In this document: piece by piece, positions 31,570 through 45,941 of the stretch
Layout: every line of letters starts with the position of its first letter
Position numbering within the stretch: the stretch's first letter is position 1
Assembly (NCBI GenBank): GCA_025929365.1
Contig: JAICMG010000005.1
Location: 1-52,334, forward strand
Direction: 5' to 3'
DNA from: Frankiaceae bacterium
Lineage (GTDB): Bacteria > Actinomycetota > Actinomycetes > JAFAQI01
Length of the DNA: 52,334 bases
The notes under the pieces: generated by a model
Databases searched by the model: none
What the model saw: the letters and a program-made list of their open reading frames with translations, nothing else
What the model was told of the DNA's origin: nothing
Translations under genes and position numbers: made by a program

Positions 31570-32163
31570 ATGATCAAGGTCGTGACGACAGGTGGTCTGC
31601 GGGTCGGCGCCGCCCTCGTGGCATTGGGCGCCGCGGCTTCGGCTCAGGTCGGGTTCGCGGCGGCCACGTCCACCGCTCATGGCGCGCCGGTGTTGCGGGC
31701 GGCACCCGCGCACGCTCCCGCCGCGTCGGAGCACAACGGGACGTGCGTCGTGTCGAAGCGAGACGACTCGGCGAGCCCGCCACAGAGTCCCGACGACCCC
31801 CTGGTGTGGCTTCGCGCGGAGCCGTCGAGCGTCGTGGCGATCTGGCTCCCCGGGCTCAATGCGAAGAAGTGCGTCGCACGCCGGACCGTGTCGGGCGCAA
31901 CCCTCGCGGCACGCATCGCCGCTGCGGTCCGCCACGCCGGCGCGTTTCCCAACGGCGCGCTGCCGTGCCCGTACGACGACGGGACAGCAGTCCAGCTCTA
32001 CCTGCGCTACCCGGACCGGCCGGACGAGTACGCCCTCGTGACCCTCAGCGGCTGCCGCGCCGTCGGGGCGCCGGCTCGTCACTCCCGGTGGAGCACGGCC
32101 AGGCTCCAACACGCCCTCAGCAAGGCTGCGCCGAAGGCGTGGGCCCGCTACTTCGCGAGCTAG
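31570..32163 (+). CDS. Putative secreted protein of unknown function
   Basis: Fills the def-priA gap. Signal-peptide-like N-terminus, four Cys, GC-rich codon pattern. Stop overlaps the priA stop in CTAG. Confidence 0.7.
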   Translation: MIKVVTTGGLRVGAALVALGAAASAQVGFAAATSTAHGAPVLRAAPAHAPAASEHNGTCVVSKRDDSASPPQSPDDPLVWLRAEPSSVVAIWLPGLNAKKCVARRTVSGATLAARIAAAVRHAGAFPNGALPCPYDDGTAVQLYLRYPDRPDEYALVTLSGCRAVGAPARHSRWSTARLQHALSKAAPKAWARYFAS

Positions 32164-34166
32164 CCGAGCGCCACCGGGTCCATCTCGACCCGCACGCTGC
32201 CGGGCGCCTTGCGGGCGCTGCGGGTTGCCTGCGCCGCCTTCAACGCGCTCGCCAGCTCCTGGCCGCGCACTCGCGGCACCCGGACCAGCACCCGCTCGTC
32301 GCCCGGGTCGGCCTCGACAGCCGGCACCGGGCCGAGCACCTCTGCCGCGGGCGGCAGGGATGCGGCGGCGAGCAGCTCGGCAACCGCGTCGGGCGAGCCG
32401 GTGAGCGCGGCCATGCGCCCGGCCGGCGGGAGGTGCAACGCGCGACGGTCCTCGAGCTCTCGCTCGGCGTGCCAGCGGGGCTGCCAACGCAGCAGGGCCT
32501 GGACCGGCCGCAGCTCTCCCGGTGCCACCACGACGACCCGCCCGCCGTCACCGCTGCCCCGCACCAGGCTCGCGGCGTTGAGCCACCGCCGTAGCGACTC
32601 CTCACCGGCCCGCAGGTCCGGCCGTGACAGCATCAACCACCCGTCAAGCAGGATCGCTGCGGCATAGCCACCATCCGCAACCGGCTCCGCCCCGGGCGTC
32701 GCGACGACGAGCGCAGGGGTATCGCCGACCCGAGCGAGCACCTTGCCGCCACCGGATGTCTTCACCGGGATCCCCGGATAGACCCGACCGAGCTCCTCCG
32801 CCGTACGCCGCGCCCCGACCACCACGGCGCGCAGGGTCAGCGACGCGCAGTGCGGGCAGCGCCATGCTGTCGCGGCCACTCCGCACCAGCGGCACAGCGG
32901 CGGTGCGTCGTCGGCGGTTCGTGCCAGTGGGCCGGCGCAGTTCTTGCACTGTGCGCTTCGCCGGCACTTGGCACACGCGAGCGCGGGCACGTAGCCCTGA
33001 CGAGGCACCTGGAAGAGGACCGGCCCAGACTGCAGCGCATCCTTCGCCGCCCGCCATGCAATCGTCGGCAGCCGGGCAGCGCGCGCCGCCTCGTCGTCGG
33101 CGAGCTCCTCGTCACCGCCGGACGCGCGCACCGCAGGCAGATCGCGCGTCCTCGCCGGTGCCGTCGGGCTGAGCTCGCTCGCCCACCCCGTCGCCAGCAG
33201 CTGTGCGCCTTCCGCGGTGACCGCGTGGCCGGCGAGCAACAGCGACGCGCCCGCCCGATGCGCGCGCAGCACGGCGACGTCGCGAGCGTGGCAGTACGGC
33301 GCGCGGGGCTCGGCGAGCAGGTCGTCCCCGTCGTCCCAGATGACGATGAGGCCGAGGTCCTGCACGGGCGCCCACACGGCGGCACGAGTGCCGACGACGG
33401 CCCGGACGGCACCACGCGACAGTGCGAGGAAGCGCCCGTACCGTTCTTCGGGGCCGAGCTCGGCGGTGAGCGCGACGTGGTGACCCGAGCCGAGTGCAAC
33501 CGAAAGCGCACGATCCATCCGCGCCACGTCGCGGGCGTCAGGAACGACGATGACGACGCCTCGCCCAGCCGCCAGCACGGCGGCCGCCGTCGACGCGATC
33601 TCGGCCGGCCACTCGCCGGGCAGCGCGGTCCACACCCGCCTGGCCGTTCCTTGCGAAAGCTCCCGCAACAGGTCGGGCCCGCCGGCGTAGCGCCCGAGTG
33701 CCGAGGGCGGCGGCGGGGTGAGGACGGCCTCAGGCGGCTTGCTCTTCGCGCGCTCCGCGGTCGCGTGTCGCGGCGGCACCGCGAGCCGGGTCACGTCGGC
33801 GAGACTGCCCGCCCACCGGTCGGCCACCTCGCGCGCGACCGCGGCCACGTCGGGCAGGAGCACAGGCTCGGCGCCGAGCACCCGCTCGAGGAACGACAGT
33901 GGGCCCTCGTGGTCGCTGCTCGCGACCCGCTCGAGGATGAACCCGCCGACCAGCGCACCGGCAAACCGCACCCGCACACGCACACCGGGCTGCGCCGCAG
34001 CGTCCTGATCCTGGCTGACGAGGTAGTCGAAGCTGCGGTCGAGATGCGGCAGCGAGACGTCGACCGACACCCGCGCGATCGGCAGCACCTCGGCACGGCG
34101 CTGCATCGCCGGCTTCGCCGACTTGGCAGGCTTCGCCCGCGACGTCGGCTTAGGCGGCACGCGCAC
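32160..34166 (-). CDS. priA: Primosomal protein N' (actinobacterial type)
   Basis: LPHLDRSFDY, VRVRF, GTRAA.WAP, four CxxC pairs; usual metK-priA-def-fmt order. Start uncertain. Confidence 0.93.
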   Translation of the reverse strand: MRVPPKPTSRAKPAKSAKPAMQRRAEVLPIARVSVDVSLPHLDRSFDYLVSQDQDAAAQPGVRVRVRFAGALVGGFILERVASSDHEGPLSFLERVLGAEPVLLPDVAAVAREVADRWAGSLADVTRLAVPPRHATAERAKSKPPEAVLTPPPPSALGRYAGGPDLLRELSQGTARRVWTALPGEWPAEIASTAAAVLAAGRGVVIVVPDARDVARMDRALSVALGSGHHVALTAELGPEERYGRFLALSRGAVRAVVGTRAAVWAPVQDLGLIVIWDDGDDLLAEPRAPYCHARDVAVLRAHRAGASLLLAGHAVTAEGAQLLATGWASELSPTAPARTRDLPAVRASGGDEELADDEAARAARLPTIAWRAAKDALQSGPVLFQVPRQGYVPALACAKCRRSAQCKNCAGPLARTADDAPPLCRWCGVAATAWRCPHCASLTLRAVVVGARRTAEELGRVYPGIPVKTSGGGKVLARVGDTPALVVATPGAEPVADGGYAAAILLDGWLMLSRPDLRAGEESLRRWLNAASLVRGSGDGGRVVVVAPGELRPVQALLRWQPRWHAERELEDRRALHLPPAGRMAALTGSPDAVAELLAAASLPPAAEVLGPVPAVEADPGDERVLVRVPRVRGQELASALKAAQATRSARKAPGSVRVEMDPVALG

Positions 34167-34271
34167 CAGTCTCTAACAAGCAAAAGACAAAGACGCTAAG
34201 ACCAGGGCGACGGCGGCCGCTCGTGGTGCTTTCCGCTGCTTCGTTGCGCTGAACTCACCGAGGTCGACGTA

Positions 34272-34292
34272 GGAGGCCGCAAAACGACCTCC
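34272..34292 (-). terminator. Stem-loop downstream of metK, possible terminator
   Basis: GGAGGUCG-UUUUG-CGGCCUCC about 40 nt after the metK stop; no U-tract. Confidence 0.35.
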
Positions 34293-34331
34293 AGCGGCCA
34301 TCTTCGTCAGGCTCGATGCGCGTGCTCTTGC

Positions 34332-35525
34332 TTACTTGCCCGCAGCTGCCTTGAGTGCGTCGACCCGCGACGTCGACTCCCACGTGAAGTCGAGCTCCGG
34401 CCGGCCGAAGTGGCCGTACGCCGCGGTCTGCGAGTAGATCGGGCGCAGCAGGTCCAGGTCGCGGATGATCGCGGCCGGGCGCAGGTCGAACACCTGCACC
34501 ACAGCATCCTGGATCTGCTGGTCCGACAGCGTGCCGGTACCGAAGGTGTCGACGAACAGGCCGACCGGGTTTGCCTTGCCGATCGCGTAGGCGACCTGCA
34601 CCTCGCAGCGCTCCGCGAGACCCGCCGCGACGACGTTCTTCGCCACCCACCGCATCGCGTACGCCGCTGACCGGTCGACCTTGGACGGGTCCTTGCCGGA
34701 GAACGCACCGCCACCGTGACGGGCCATTCCGCCATAGGTGTCGACGATGATCTTGCGGCCGGTCAGACCGGCGTCGCCCATCGGGCCCCCGACCTCGAAG
34801 CGACCGGTCGGGTTGACGAGCAGGCGGTAACCCTCGGTGTCGATGTCGATGAGGGCGAGCTCCGGGTCCACGACGTGCTCGCGCACGTCGGGTGCGAGAA
34901 GGGTGTCGATGTCGATGTCGGCGGCATGCTGGCTGGAGACGACGACCGTGTCGAGCCGGACCGGCTTGTTGTCGACGTACTCGATCGTGACCTGCGTCTT
35001 GCCGTCCGGCCGCAGGTAGGGGACGGTGCCGCTCTTCCGCACCGCCGACAGCCGGCGCGCGAGCCGGTGCGCGAGTGCAATCGGCAACGGCATCAGCTCG
35101 GGAGTCTCGGTGCACGCGTAGCCGAACATCAGCCCCTGGTCACCGGCGCCCTGACGGTCCAGCGGATCGTCGTCGCCTTCGGCACGGTGCTCGTAGGCGT
35201 CCTCGACACCTTGCGCGATGTCCGGCGACTGCGAACCGAGCGACACGCTGACGCCGCACGAGTCGCCGTCGAAGCCCTTGCGCGAGGAGTCGTACCCGAT
35301 GTCGAGGATCTTGTCCCGCACGATGCCGGCGATGTCGACGTAGGTCTCGGTGCGCACCTCACCCGCGACGTGCACCTGCCCGGTCGTGATCAACGTCTCG
35401 ACCGCGACCCGGCTGGTCGGGTCTTCCTTGATCATGGCGTCGAGGATCGCGTCGCTGATCTGGTCGGCGATCTTGTCGGGGTGGCCCTCGGTAACTGACT
35501 CAGAGGTGAACAGACGGCGCGACAC
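34332..35525 (-). CDS. metK: S-adenosylmethionine synthetase
   Basis: [28 protein letters not shown]. Confidence 0.98.
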   Translation of the reverse strand: MSRRLFTSESVTEGHPDKIADQISDAILDAMIKEDPTSRVAVETLITTGQVHVAGEVRTETYVDIAGIVRDKILDIGYDSSRKGFDGDSCGVSVSLGSQSPDIAQGVEDAYEHRAEGDDDPLDRQGAGDQGLMFGYACTETPELMPLPIALAHRLARRLSAVRKSGTVPYLRPDGKTQVTIEYVDNKPVRLDTVVVSSQHAADIDIDTLLAPDVREHVVDPELALIDIDTEGYRLLVNPTGRFEVGGPMGDAGLTGRKIIVDTYGGMARHGGGAFSGKDPSKVDRSAAYAMRWVAKNVVAAGLAERCEVQVAYAIGKANPVGLFVDTFGTGTLSDQQIQDAVVQVFDLRPAAIIRDLDLLRPIYSQTAAYGHFGRPELDFTWESTSRVDALKAAAGK

Positions 35526-35575
35526 GGACGACTCCCTTGGATGGGCCGGTCGCGTCGGCGCCGGCAGACCACTTC

Positions 35576-35581
35576 ATTCTA
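35576..35581 (-). promoter_or_regulatory. Putative -10 element for metK
   Basis: TAGAAT overlapping the GNAT stop, about 50 nt before the metK start. Confidence 0.5.
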
Positions 35582-36178
35582 CCGAGCCGCGCCGCGCTGC
35601 GCGTGCGGGTGACTGAGCGCAACGGCAGCGCCCGGCCACTCGTTCACGAGCGTGGAGTACACCGCGAGGTCGACAAAGCCCTGCGGCAGCTGCTCCGCCT
35701 CACGCCGGATGCCCTCGTAGTGCATCCCGAGGCGCTCGGCCACCGCTCGGCTGCGGGTGTTGCCGGTCGCTGCCTGCAGCTGGATCCGATGCAGGTCCAG
35801 GTCCCTGAACCCGATGTCGAACAGCTCCGCCACGACCCGGGTGATCACCCCCCGGCCCACCGCTCGGGCAGCCAACCAGTACCCGACCTCGCCGCTGCGC
35901 TGAAGCGGACTGACCAGCAGATCCGCGTGGCCGGCGAAGCCACCACCGAGTCGGATCGTCGCGTGGACCTCGCCGGTTTCCACCGAGGCACTCGTCACCC
36001 GCTCGAGGAACCCGCGGGTGACATCGACAGACGTCGTCCCGTCCACCCACGGCAGCCACTCCCGCAGCCGGTCTCGCTCGGCGTCCACGACGGCGAACGA
36101 GTCCTCGGCATCTGCGACTGACGCAGGGTGAAGGACAAGCCCATCGCCCAGGTCGCGCGGAAGTAGCGGCGCGGTCAC
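35579..36178 (-). CDS. RimJ/RimL-family GNAT acetyltransferase
   Basis: LREWLPWV, EVGYWL....GRG, N.RSRAVAERLG..YEG..R. GTGA overlap with coaBC. Confidence 0.88.
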   Translation of the reverse strand: MTAPLLPRDLGDGLVLHPASVADAEDSFAVVDAERDRLREWLPWVDGTTSVDVTRGFLERVTSASVETGEVHATIRLGGGFAGHADLLVSPLQRSGEVGYWLAARAVGRGVITRVVAELFDIGFRDLDLHRIQLQAATGNTRSRAVAERLGMHYEGIRREAEQLPQGFVDLAVYSTLVNEWPGAAVALSHPHAQRGAAR

Positions 36179-37395
36179 GACTCCAGACGGCTCACTACCT
36201 GGTCCCAGATGGCGTGACCAAGGTCCTCCTTGGTCACGCCCTCGACCGAGGTACTGGAACCGTCGGCGCCGAGGATCGTCGCAGTGTTGTGCTCGGATCC
36301 GAACGTGAGGTTCTCGCCCACCTGGTTGACGACGATCAGGTCGCAACGTTTCGAGGCGAGCTTGGCGCGGCCGTTGTCGAGGACGTCGTCGGTCTCCGCG
36401 GCGAAACCGACGATCACCTGACCGGCGCGGCGCCGGTTGCTCGAGATGTCGGCGAGGATGTCGGGGTTGCGCACCAGGGCGACCGGCTCCGGATCGCTCG
36501 TGCCCTTCTTCAGCTTCGAGTCGGCTCGTACCGCCGGGCGGAAGTCCGCGACCGCCGCCGCCATGACGATCGCGTCCGCGCTGGCGGCGACCTCATCGAC
36601 GGCCAGCCGCATGTCCTCCGCGGTGCGCACGCGAACGACCTTCGCGCCGGCAGGATCGGCGAGCGCCGCGTTCGCCGCGATCAGCGTGACTTCGGCACCG
36701 CGTGCGAGTGCGGCGCGCGCAAGCGCAAACCCCTGCCGCCCGCTCGAGCGGTTGCCCAGGTAGCGCACCGGATCGAGCGGCTCGCGGGTGCCGCCGGCCG
36801 TCACGACGACGTGGCGTCCGGCGAGATCCGGCAGCAGCGACCGAAGGCCGCGCGAGAGGACCGTCCTCGCCACGGCGAAGATCTCGTCCGGCTCCGGCAG
36901 TCTGCCGATGCCGGTGTCCGCGCCGGTGAGCCGGCCGACGGCCGGGTCGAGCACGATCACGCCACGCTCGCGCAGCGTCGCGACATTGGCTTCGGTCGCG
37001 GGGTGCTGCCACATCTCGGTGTGCATCGCGGGCGCGACGAGGATGGGGCATCGCGCCGTCAGCAAGGTGGCAGTCAGTAGGTCGTCGGAGCGGCCGATCA
37101 CCATTCGCGCGAGGAAGTCCGCAGTTGCTGGTGCGACAACGACGAGATCGGCCTGCCGCCCGAGCGTCACGTGCGGGACGCGATGCGCAGCGGTCCAGAC
37201 CTCGGTCGCGACCGGGTTGCCGGACAGTGCCGCCCAGGTCGTCTCGCCGACGAACTTCAGCGCGGACGTCGTCGGCACGACGTGCACGTCGTGGCCTGAC
37301 TCGGTGAATCGCCGGAGCAGCTCGCACGCTTTGTACGCCGCGATGCCGCCGCACACCCCAAGGACGACGCGCCCCGGCGCGTCCCCGGCGCTCAT
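36175..37395 (-). CDS. coaBC: Phosphopantothenoylcysteine decarboxylase/synthetase
   Basis: GGIAAYK, APAMHTEMW, TAGGTREPLDPVRYLGNRSSG, AAAVADF, GFAAET. Confidence 0.97.
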   Translation of the reverse strand: MSAGDAPGRVVLGVCGGIAAYKACELLRRFTESGHDVHVVPTTSALKFVGETTWAALSGNPVATEVWTAAHRVPHVTLGRQADLVVVAPATADFLARMVIGRSDDLLTATLLTARCPILVAPAMHTEMWQHPATEANVATLRERGVIVLDPAVGRLTGADTGIGRLPEPDEIFAVARTVLSRGLRSLLPDLAGRHVVVTAGGTREPLDPVRYLGNRSSGRQGFALARAALARGAEVTLIAANAALADPAGAKVVRVRTAEDMRLAVDEVAASADAIVMAAAVADFRPAVRADSKLKKGTSDPEPVALVRNPDILADISSNRRRAGQVIVGFAAETDDVLDNGRAKLASKRCDLIVVNQVGENLTFGSEHNTATILGADGSSTSVEGVTKEDLGHAIWDQVVSRLES

Positions 37396-37399
37396 GACG

Positions 37400-37663
37400 T
37401 CAGGCTTCGACCTGCTCGAACGTCAGCAAATCCTCGTTGGCCTCACGGAGCGCCACCGACAGCGGCTTCTCCTGGACGTGGGCGGGGACGAGGGGGCCGA
37501 CGTACTCGAGCAGACCCTCACCGAGCTGGGAGTAGTACGCATTGATCTGGCGGGCTCGCTTGGCTGCGTAGATGACAAGGGCGTACTTGCTCTCGACCTT
37601 GTCGAGCAGCTCGTCGATCGGCGGGTTGGTGATCCCCTCGGGGCGAGCGGCGGTGCCGGACAC
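37400..37663 (-). CDS. rpoZ: RNA polymerase omega subunit
   Basis: [36 protein letters not shown]. Confidence 0.97.
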   Translation of the reverse strand: MSGTAARPEGITNPPIDELLDKVESKYALVIYAAKRARQINAYYSQLGEGLLEYVGPLVPAHVQEKPLSVALREANEDLLTFEQVEA

Positions 37664-37711
37664 GCGGGCCTCATCTCAGTCGTCGAAAGTGCCCGACAAC
37701 GCTACCAGCGG

Positions 37712-38266
37712 TTACCGCAGGAGGGCGGCGAGCCGGTCCGCGGCTTCGCTGACCGAGGTGTTGACGATCACCTCGTCGAACTCCCCCTCGGCCGCGAGCT
37801 CGACGCTGGCCTGGGCGAGCCGACGCTCGATGACTGCCTGGGCCTCGGTGCCGCGACCGCGGAGCCGACGCTCGAGCTCCTCCCACGACGGCGGCGCGAG
37901 GAAGACGAGCAACGCATCCGGATCGAAGGCTCGCACCTGCCGAGCCCCCTGGATCTCGATCTCGAGCAGCACCGGGACGCCGGCGCGCAGGCGCTCCTCG
38001 ACCGGACGTCGCGGGGTGCCGTAGAGGTTGCCGGCGTAGGTGGCCCGCTCGAGGAGATCACCGCGCGCGGACATCGCTTCGAACTCCGCGACGGAGACGA
38101 AGAAGTAGGACTCACCGTCGACCTCTCCAGGCCGCATCGCACGTGTCGTCGCGCTGACCGAGACCCAGACGTCGGGCGAGCGCTCACGCAGCGCCGCGAC
38201 GACCGAGCTCTTGCCGACCCCGGCCGGCCCCGACAGGACGGTCAGGCGGCGTGTTGGGTCCGTCAT
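37712..38266 (-). CDS. gmk: Guanylate kinase
   Basis: [36 protein letters not shown]. Confidence 0.97.
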   Translation of the reverse strand: MTDPTRRLTVLSGPAGVGKSSVVAALRERSPDVWVSVSATTRAMRPGEVDGESYFFVSVAEFEAMSARGDLLERATYAGNLYGTPRRPVEERLRAGVPVLLEIEIQGARQVRAFDPDALLVFLAPPSWEELERRLRGRGTEAQAVIERRLAQASVELAAEGEFDEVIVNTSVSEAADRLAALLR

Positions 38267-38297
38267 GACGGGCTGGGAGAAGTGAGCGGAGCGAAGG

Positions 38298-38612
38298 TCA
38301 GTCGGCGAACTCGCGCTCGAGCGCGGACCTCTGATGCGCGCCGAGCCCGCGGACTCGCCGACTCATCGAGATCGACAGCCGCTCCATGATTCGCTGCGCG
38401 CGGATCTTGCCGACGCCGGGAAGCGACTCGAGGACCGCGCTGACCCGCATCTTGCCGATCGCTTCGTCGCGCTCGCCAGCCGCGAACACGTCCGCGAGGG
38501 TGATCTTCGACTGCTTGAGCTGTTCGCGAAGCTCGGCCCGAGTGCGACGCGCGGCTGCCGCCTTCTCCAGCGCGGCCGCCCGCTCTTGCGGAGTCAGCGG
38601 CGGGAGCGCCAA
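38298..38612 (-). CDS. mihF: Actinobacterial integration host factor (mIHF/sIHF)
   Basis: [41 protein letters not shown] start with SD GAGGTG. Confidence 0.95.
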   Translation of the reverse strand: MALPPLTPQERAAALEKAAAARRTRAELREQLKQSKITLADVFAAGERDEAIGKMRVSAVLESLPGVGKIRAQRIMERLSISMSRRVRGLGAHQRSALEREFAD

Positions 38613-38725
38613 GCGGATTCACCTCGTGGTCATGGTCGCAGCGATTCGGGACCCCCGTGGCGCCCCACCGGAACATCCCAGCGGCGGCGAACCTAGCGAG
38701 GGCGAGACAGGTCGCGCAACCGAGG

Positions 38726-39424
38726 TCAGCGCGCACGGCCCGGGAGTGACGCGGCGATCGCCGCAGCCGCCTCACCAGGATCAGCGGCACCGGTGATCGG
38801 CCGGCCGATGACGACCACATCCGCGCCATCGGCGATCGCCCGCTCCGGGGTCGCGACCCGCGCCTGGTCGTCGTGGCCCGCCGCGGCGGGCCGCACGCCG
38901 GGGGTGATCAACGTGATGTCGGGGCCGACGGCGCCACGCACCATCGTGACCTCTTGGGGAGAACAGACGACGGCGCGGGCGCCCGCGCCGACCGCGATCT
39001 CCGCAAGCCGTACGACGGCCTGCTCGGGCGGCCCGGCGATCCCGATCTGGTCGAGATCGGCAGCCGACAGGGAGGTCAGGATCGTGACCGCGGTGATCCG
39101 GGTGCTGGGCAGCGCCTCCGCCGCGGCCTCGATCATCGCGGCGCCGCCACCGGCGTGCACCGTCAGGTAGTCGGGCGCGAGCATCGATACCGAGCGAGCG
39201 GCGCCGGAGACCGTCGCCGGGATGTCGTGAAGCTTGAGATCCAGGAAGAGGTCGGCATCCGCTGCCGCACGGATCTTCTCCACGGCACCCGGTCCCTCGG
39301 CGCAGAACAGCTCGAGGCCGACCTTCAAGGTGCTGACGTGCGGACCAACCGCCAGCGCCCACCTGGTCGCGGTGGCGAGATCGCCCGTGTCCAGCGCGAC
39401 AGCGATCGGCGCGCGATCAGACAC
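38726..39424 (-). CDS. pyrF: Orotidine-5'-phosphate decarboxylase
   Basis: [26 protein letters not shown]...DDQ.R, VIGRPI. Start set at GTG 39424 after GGAGG. Confidence 0.96.
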   Translation of the reverse strand: MSDRAPIAVALDTGDLATATRWALAVGPHVSTLKVGLELFCAEGPGAVEKIRAAADADLFLDLKLHDIPATVSGAARSVSMLAPDYLTVHAGGGAAMIEAAAEALPSTRITAVTILTSLSAADLDQIGIAGPPEQAVVRLAEIAVGAGARAVVCSPQEVTMVRGAVGPDITLITPGVRPAAAGHDDQARVATPERAIADGADVVVIGRPITGAADPGEAAAAIAASLPGRAR

Positions 39425-39474
39425 GTCCTCCACCCCACACCCTGCCCTCATGCGGACGGCTCGTCCGCAGCCGA
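39422..39474 (-). repeat. MIRU-like intergenic element B (pyrD-pyrF), degenerate
   Basis: Hairpin TGCGGACG-AGC-CGTCCGCA followed by GGGGTGGAGGACGTG, the tail shared with elements A and C. Confidence 0.5.
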
Positions 39475-40566
39475 CTACACATCCTGGTCTTCCAGCCACT
39501 CGTCTTCGGCGAAGACATCCGCTTCGTCGACGGCGTCTTCGTAGAGCTCGTCTTCGAGCACGTCACCCGGCGGGTCCGGCAGCTCGGGAACGATGACGTC
39601 CGGGGGTCGATGTGCCAGGCCGATCGCCTGCTCGACGGCATCCATCCCGCGTTCGGCGAGCGCCTCGCTCAGCTCGCGAGAGATCCGCTGCGGCGCGCCG
39701 GGATCGTGGAAGATCACGGTGCCGACCTGCACCGCGGTGGCCCCGGCGAGGATGAACTCGAGGGCATCCAGTCCGGTGCGGATGCCGCCGATGCCGAACA
39801 GCGGCACCTCGGGCATGGCCTGATGCACCTGCCAGACGCAGCGCAGGGCGAGCGGCCGGATCGCGGGTCCCGACAGCCCACCGGTGATGCCGGCGAGCAG
39901 CGGCCGCATCGTGTGGGTGTCGATCACCATCCCGAGCGTCGTGTTGATCAGACTCAGGCCGGTCGCGCCCGCATCCATGCACGCCTTGGCGATGGAGACG
40001 ATGTCGGTGACATCGGGCGAGAGCTTCGCGAAGATCGGCACGCTGGCCGGCGCCGCCCGCTTGACGGCTTGTACGACGGAAGCCGCGGCACTCTTGTCGC
40101 AGGCGAACACCTGTCCGCGGTCCTCGACGTTCGGGCAGCTGATGTTGACCTCGATCATCGACACCGGCTTGCCGCGCAGCTTGCCGGCGAGCTTCGCGTA
40201 CTCATCGACCGTCCCGCCGGCGATCGACACGACCGCGTTGACGTTGTGGTCGGCGAGCCAGGCAAGGTCGCGGTTGATGAAGATCTCGATGCCCGGACCC
40301 TGCAGCCCGATCGAGTTGAGCATGCCGCTGGGCGTCTCGGCCATCCGCGGAGTGGCGCGGCCGGCCCGCGGATTGAGCTGGATGGACTTGGTCACGACGC
40401 CACCGATCGCGGTGAGGTCGTTGTAGGCCGCGAGCTCCTGGCCCGCGGCTGCGCAACCCGATGCCGTGAACACCGGGTCGGGCGCCGTCAGGTTGCCGAG
40501 CTTCGTGGTCATGTCCACATTGACGTGACGCGGCTTCTCGACACGCCGCCGAATCGTGACGGTCAC
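39475..40566 (-). CDS. pyrD: Dihydroorotate dehydrogenase, family 1B catalytic subunit
   Basis: [42 protein letters not shown]; adjacent pyrK. Start uncertain (40566, 40572 or 40512). Confidence 0.94.
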   Translation of the reverse strand: MTVTIRRRVEKPRHVNVDMTTKLGNLTAPDPVFTASGCAAAGQELAAYNDLTAIGGVVTKSIQLNPRAGRATPRMAETPSGMLNSIGLQGPGIEIFINRDLAWLADHNVNAVVSIAGGTVDEYAKLAGKLRGKPVSMIEVNISCPNVEDRGQVFACDKSAAASVVQAVKRAAPASVPIFAKLSPDVTDIVSIAKACMDAGATGLSLINTTLGMVIDTHTMRPLLAGITGGLSGPAIRPLALRCVWQVHQAMPEVPLFGIGGIRTGLDALEFILAGATAVQVGTVIFHDPGAPQRISRELSEALAERGMDAVEQAIGLAHRPPDVIVPELPDPPGDVLEDELYEDAVDEADVFAEDEWLEDQDV

Positions 40567-40622
40567 GTCCACCACCCCACCCTCCGCCCTACGGAGGGCG
40601 GTTGCTGCGCAACCGGCCTCAT
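40563..40622 (-). repeat. MIRU-like intergenic element C (pyrK-pyrD) with 19-aa mini-ORF
   Basis: ATG overlaps the pyrK TGA and its TGA overlaps an in-frame pyrD GTG. Hairpins CGGTTGC-GCA-GCAACCG and CCGCCCT..AGGGCGG. Confidence 0.68.
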
Positions 40623-41475
40623 TGATGGGCCCCCACGGCATCGTCGGGAACGGTGCCGAGCGCATCCCAGCGGATCCGGTCGCCGCCGAACACCGGCCCG
40701 TCGACGCACGAACGCGCCATTCGCGTCTGTCCGTCGTTGCCGATGATCGGCAGCACGCAGGTCATGCAGACCCCGATGCCGCAGGCCATCGACTCCTCCA
40801 CCGAGAGCTGCGTCGGGATGCCGGCGCCGTCGTAGGACTCACTCGCGACCCGCTGCACCGCCTCGAGCATCGCCATCGGACCGCACGCGTAGACGACGTC
40901 GGCACGCACCCGCTCGATGACTTCGGGCAACACGTCGGACACGCGACCCTTCTCGCCGTACGAGCCGTCGTCGGTGGTGAACGCCACACTCGCTGCCATC
41001 CGCTTCGCATCGAGCGCACCGAACAACCGGTCGCCGGTCGAGGCACCGAGCACCGCGTCGATGCGGCAGCCGCGCGTGCGCAGCGAATCCGCGAGGGTGA
41101 ACAACGGTGCCGCGCCGTAGCCGCCCCCGACGAGCACGCAGTTGGCCGGCTCACGCGGCAGCGCGAACGGTCGCCCGAGCGGTCCGACGATGTCGATCGG
41201 GTCGTACGGCCGTTGCGCGGCCAGCCACGCGGTGCCATGGCCGGCGACCGAGAAGATGAACTCGACCGTTCCGCCGTAGACGCCGGTCTCGCGCACCGAG
41301 TAGATCGAGAAGGCGCGGCGCAGCAACATGCCGCCGCTCTCTCCACCGACCGCCACTGCGACGAACTGTCCCGGCTTGCTGCGCTCCGCGATCCCGGGGG
41401 CGACCACGGTCATCGAGAAGTACTCGCCGACGGGCTTGACGTTGAGGACCTCGCCCTTGACCTGGATGCCGCTCA

Positions 41476-41476
<1 letters not shown>
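40619..41476 (-). CDS. pyrK: Dihydroorotate dehydrogenase electron transfer subunit
   Basis: PGQFV, LRRAFSI, GPLG, VGGGYG, YACGP, MACGIGVCMTC..C.DGPVF (2Fe-2S). Confidence 0.95.
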
Positions 41477-44831
<3,355 letters not shown>

Positions 44832-44832
<1 letters not shown>

Positions 44833-45941
44833 CAGTGCGCCGCCATCAGCTCGGTGAAGCGGGCGAACAGGTTGATCGCGTCGTGCGGTCCTGGCGCTGC
44901 CTCCGGGTGGTACTGCACCGAGAAGGCGGGTACGTCGAGGCACCGCAAGCCCTCGACGACGCCGTCGTTGAGGTCGACGTGGCTCACCTCGACCTGGCCG
45001 AACTCGGTCGTCGCGGGCGCATCGGTCGGTGCGTCGACGGCGAAGCCGTGGTTGTGGCTGGTGATCGCGATCTGGGCGGTGCGGCGGTCCTGGACCGGCT
45101 GGTTGACGCCGCGATGGCCGAACTTCAGCTTGTAGGTGCCGAACCCGAGCGCGCGGCCGAGGATCTGGTTGCCGAAGCAGATCCCGAAGACCGGCTTCAC
45201 CCCGAGCACGCCACGCAGCGCGGCGACCGGGCCGTCCGCGGTGGCGGGGTCACCGGGCCCGTTGGAGAAGAAGACGCCATCGGGTGAGAGCGCGAGGATG
45301 TCCGCCGCAGTCGCCGACGCAGGCAGCACGTGCACCTCGCACCCGTGCTCGGCCATGTAACGAGGGGTCGAGGCCTTGATCCCGAGGTCGACCGCGGCAA
45401 CGGTGAACCGCTTCTCCCCGACCGCAGGCACGACGTACGGCTCCGCTGTCGTGACCTCGCCGGCGAGGTCGGCGCCCTCCATGCCGGGGCTGTCGAGCAC
45501 CCGCGCCAGCAACGCCTCGGAGTCGGTCTCGATGCTGCTCACGCCGACGCGCATCGCACCGCGCTCGCGAAGGTGACGCGTCAGCGCGCGGGTGTCGATC
45601 CCGCTGATGCCGACGACGCCCTGGGCGGCGAGCTCGACATCGAGCGTGCGTTGCGAGCGCCAGCTGCTCGGCACGCGCGCGGGATCGCGCACGACATAGC
45701 CGGACACCCACACCCGCCGCGACTCCGGGTCCTCGTCGTTGACCCCGGTGTTGCCGATGTGCGGCGCGGTCTGGACGACGACCTGGCGGTGGAACGACGG
45801 GTCGGTGAGCGTCTCCTGGTAGCCGGTCATGCCGGTGGTGAAGACTGCCTCGCCGAAGGTCTCGCCCACAGCCCCGTAGGAGCGACCACGGAATGTCCGG
45901 CCGTCCTCGAGCACGAGGATCGCCGGGTTACTGCTTGTCAT
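44832..45941 (-). CDS. carA: Carbamoyl-phosphate synthase small subunit
   Basis: [38 protein letters not shown]. Confidence 0.98.

Noticed and set aside
32160-34166. priA as a pseudogene because no clear Walker A motif is visible
   Set aside because: Frame intact with all zinc-binding cysteines; degenerate helicase motifs are a known feature of actinobacterial PriA.
34173-34301. 42-aa minus-strand ORF in the metK-priA spacer with a signal-peptide-like end (AAAVALVLASLSFAC)
   Set aside because: No SD, AT-ending codons (TTA, TCT, TTT, TGT) atypical for this genome, poor lipobox, and it stops right after the Cys; more likely promoter/terminator DNA.
35526-35578. SAM riboswitch upstream of metK
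   Set aside because: Spacer is only about 53 nt with no recognisable SAM-I or SAM-IV core.
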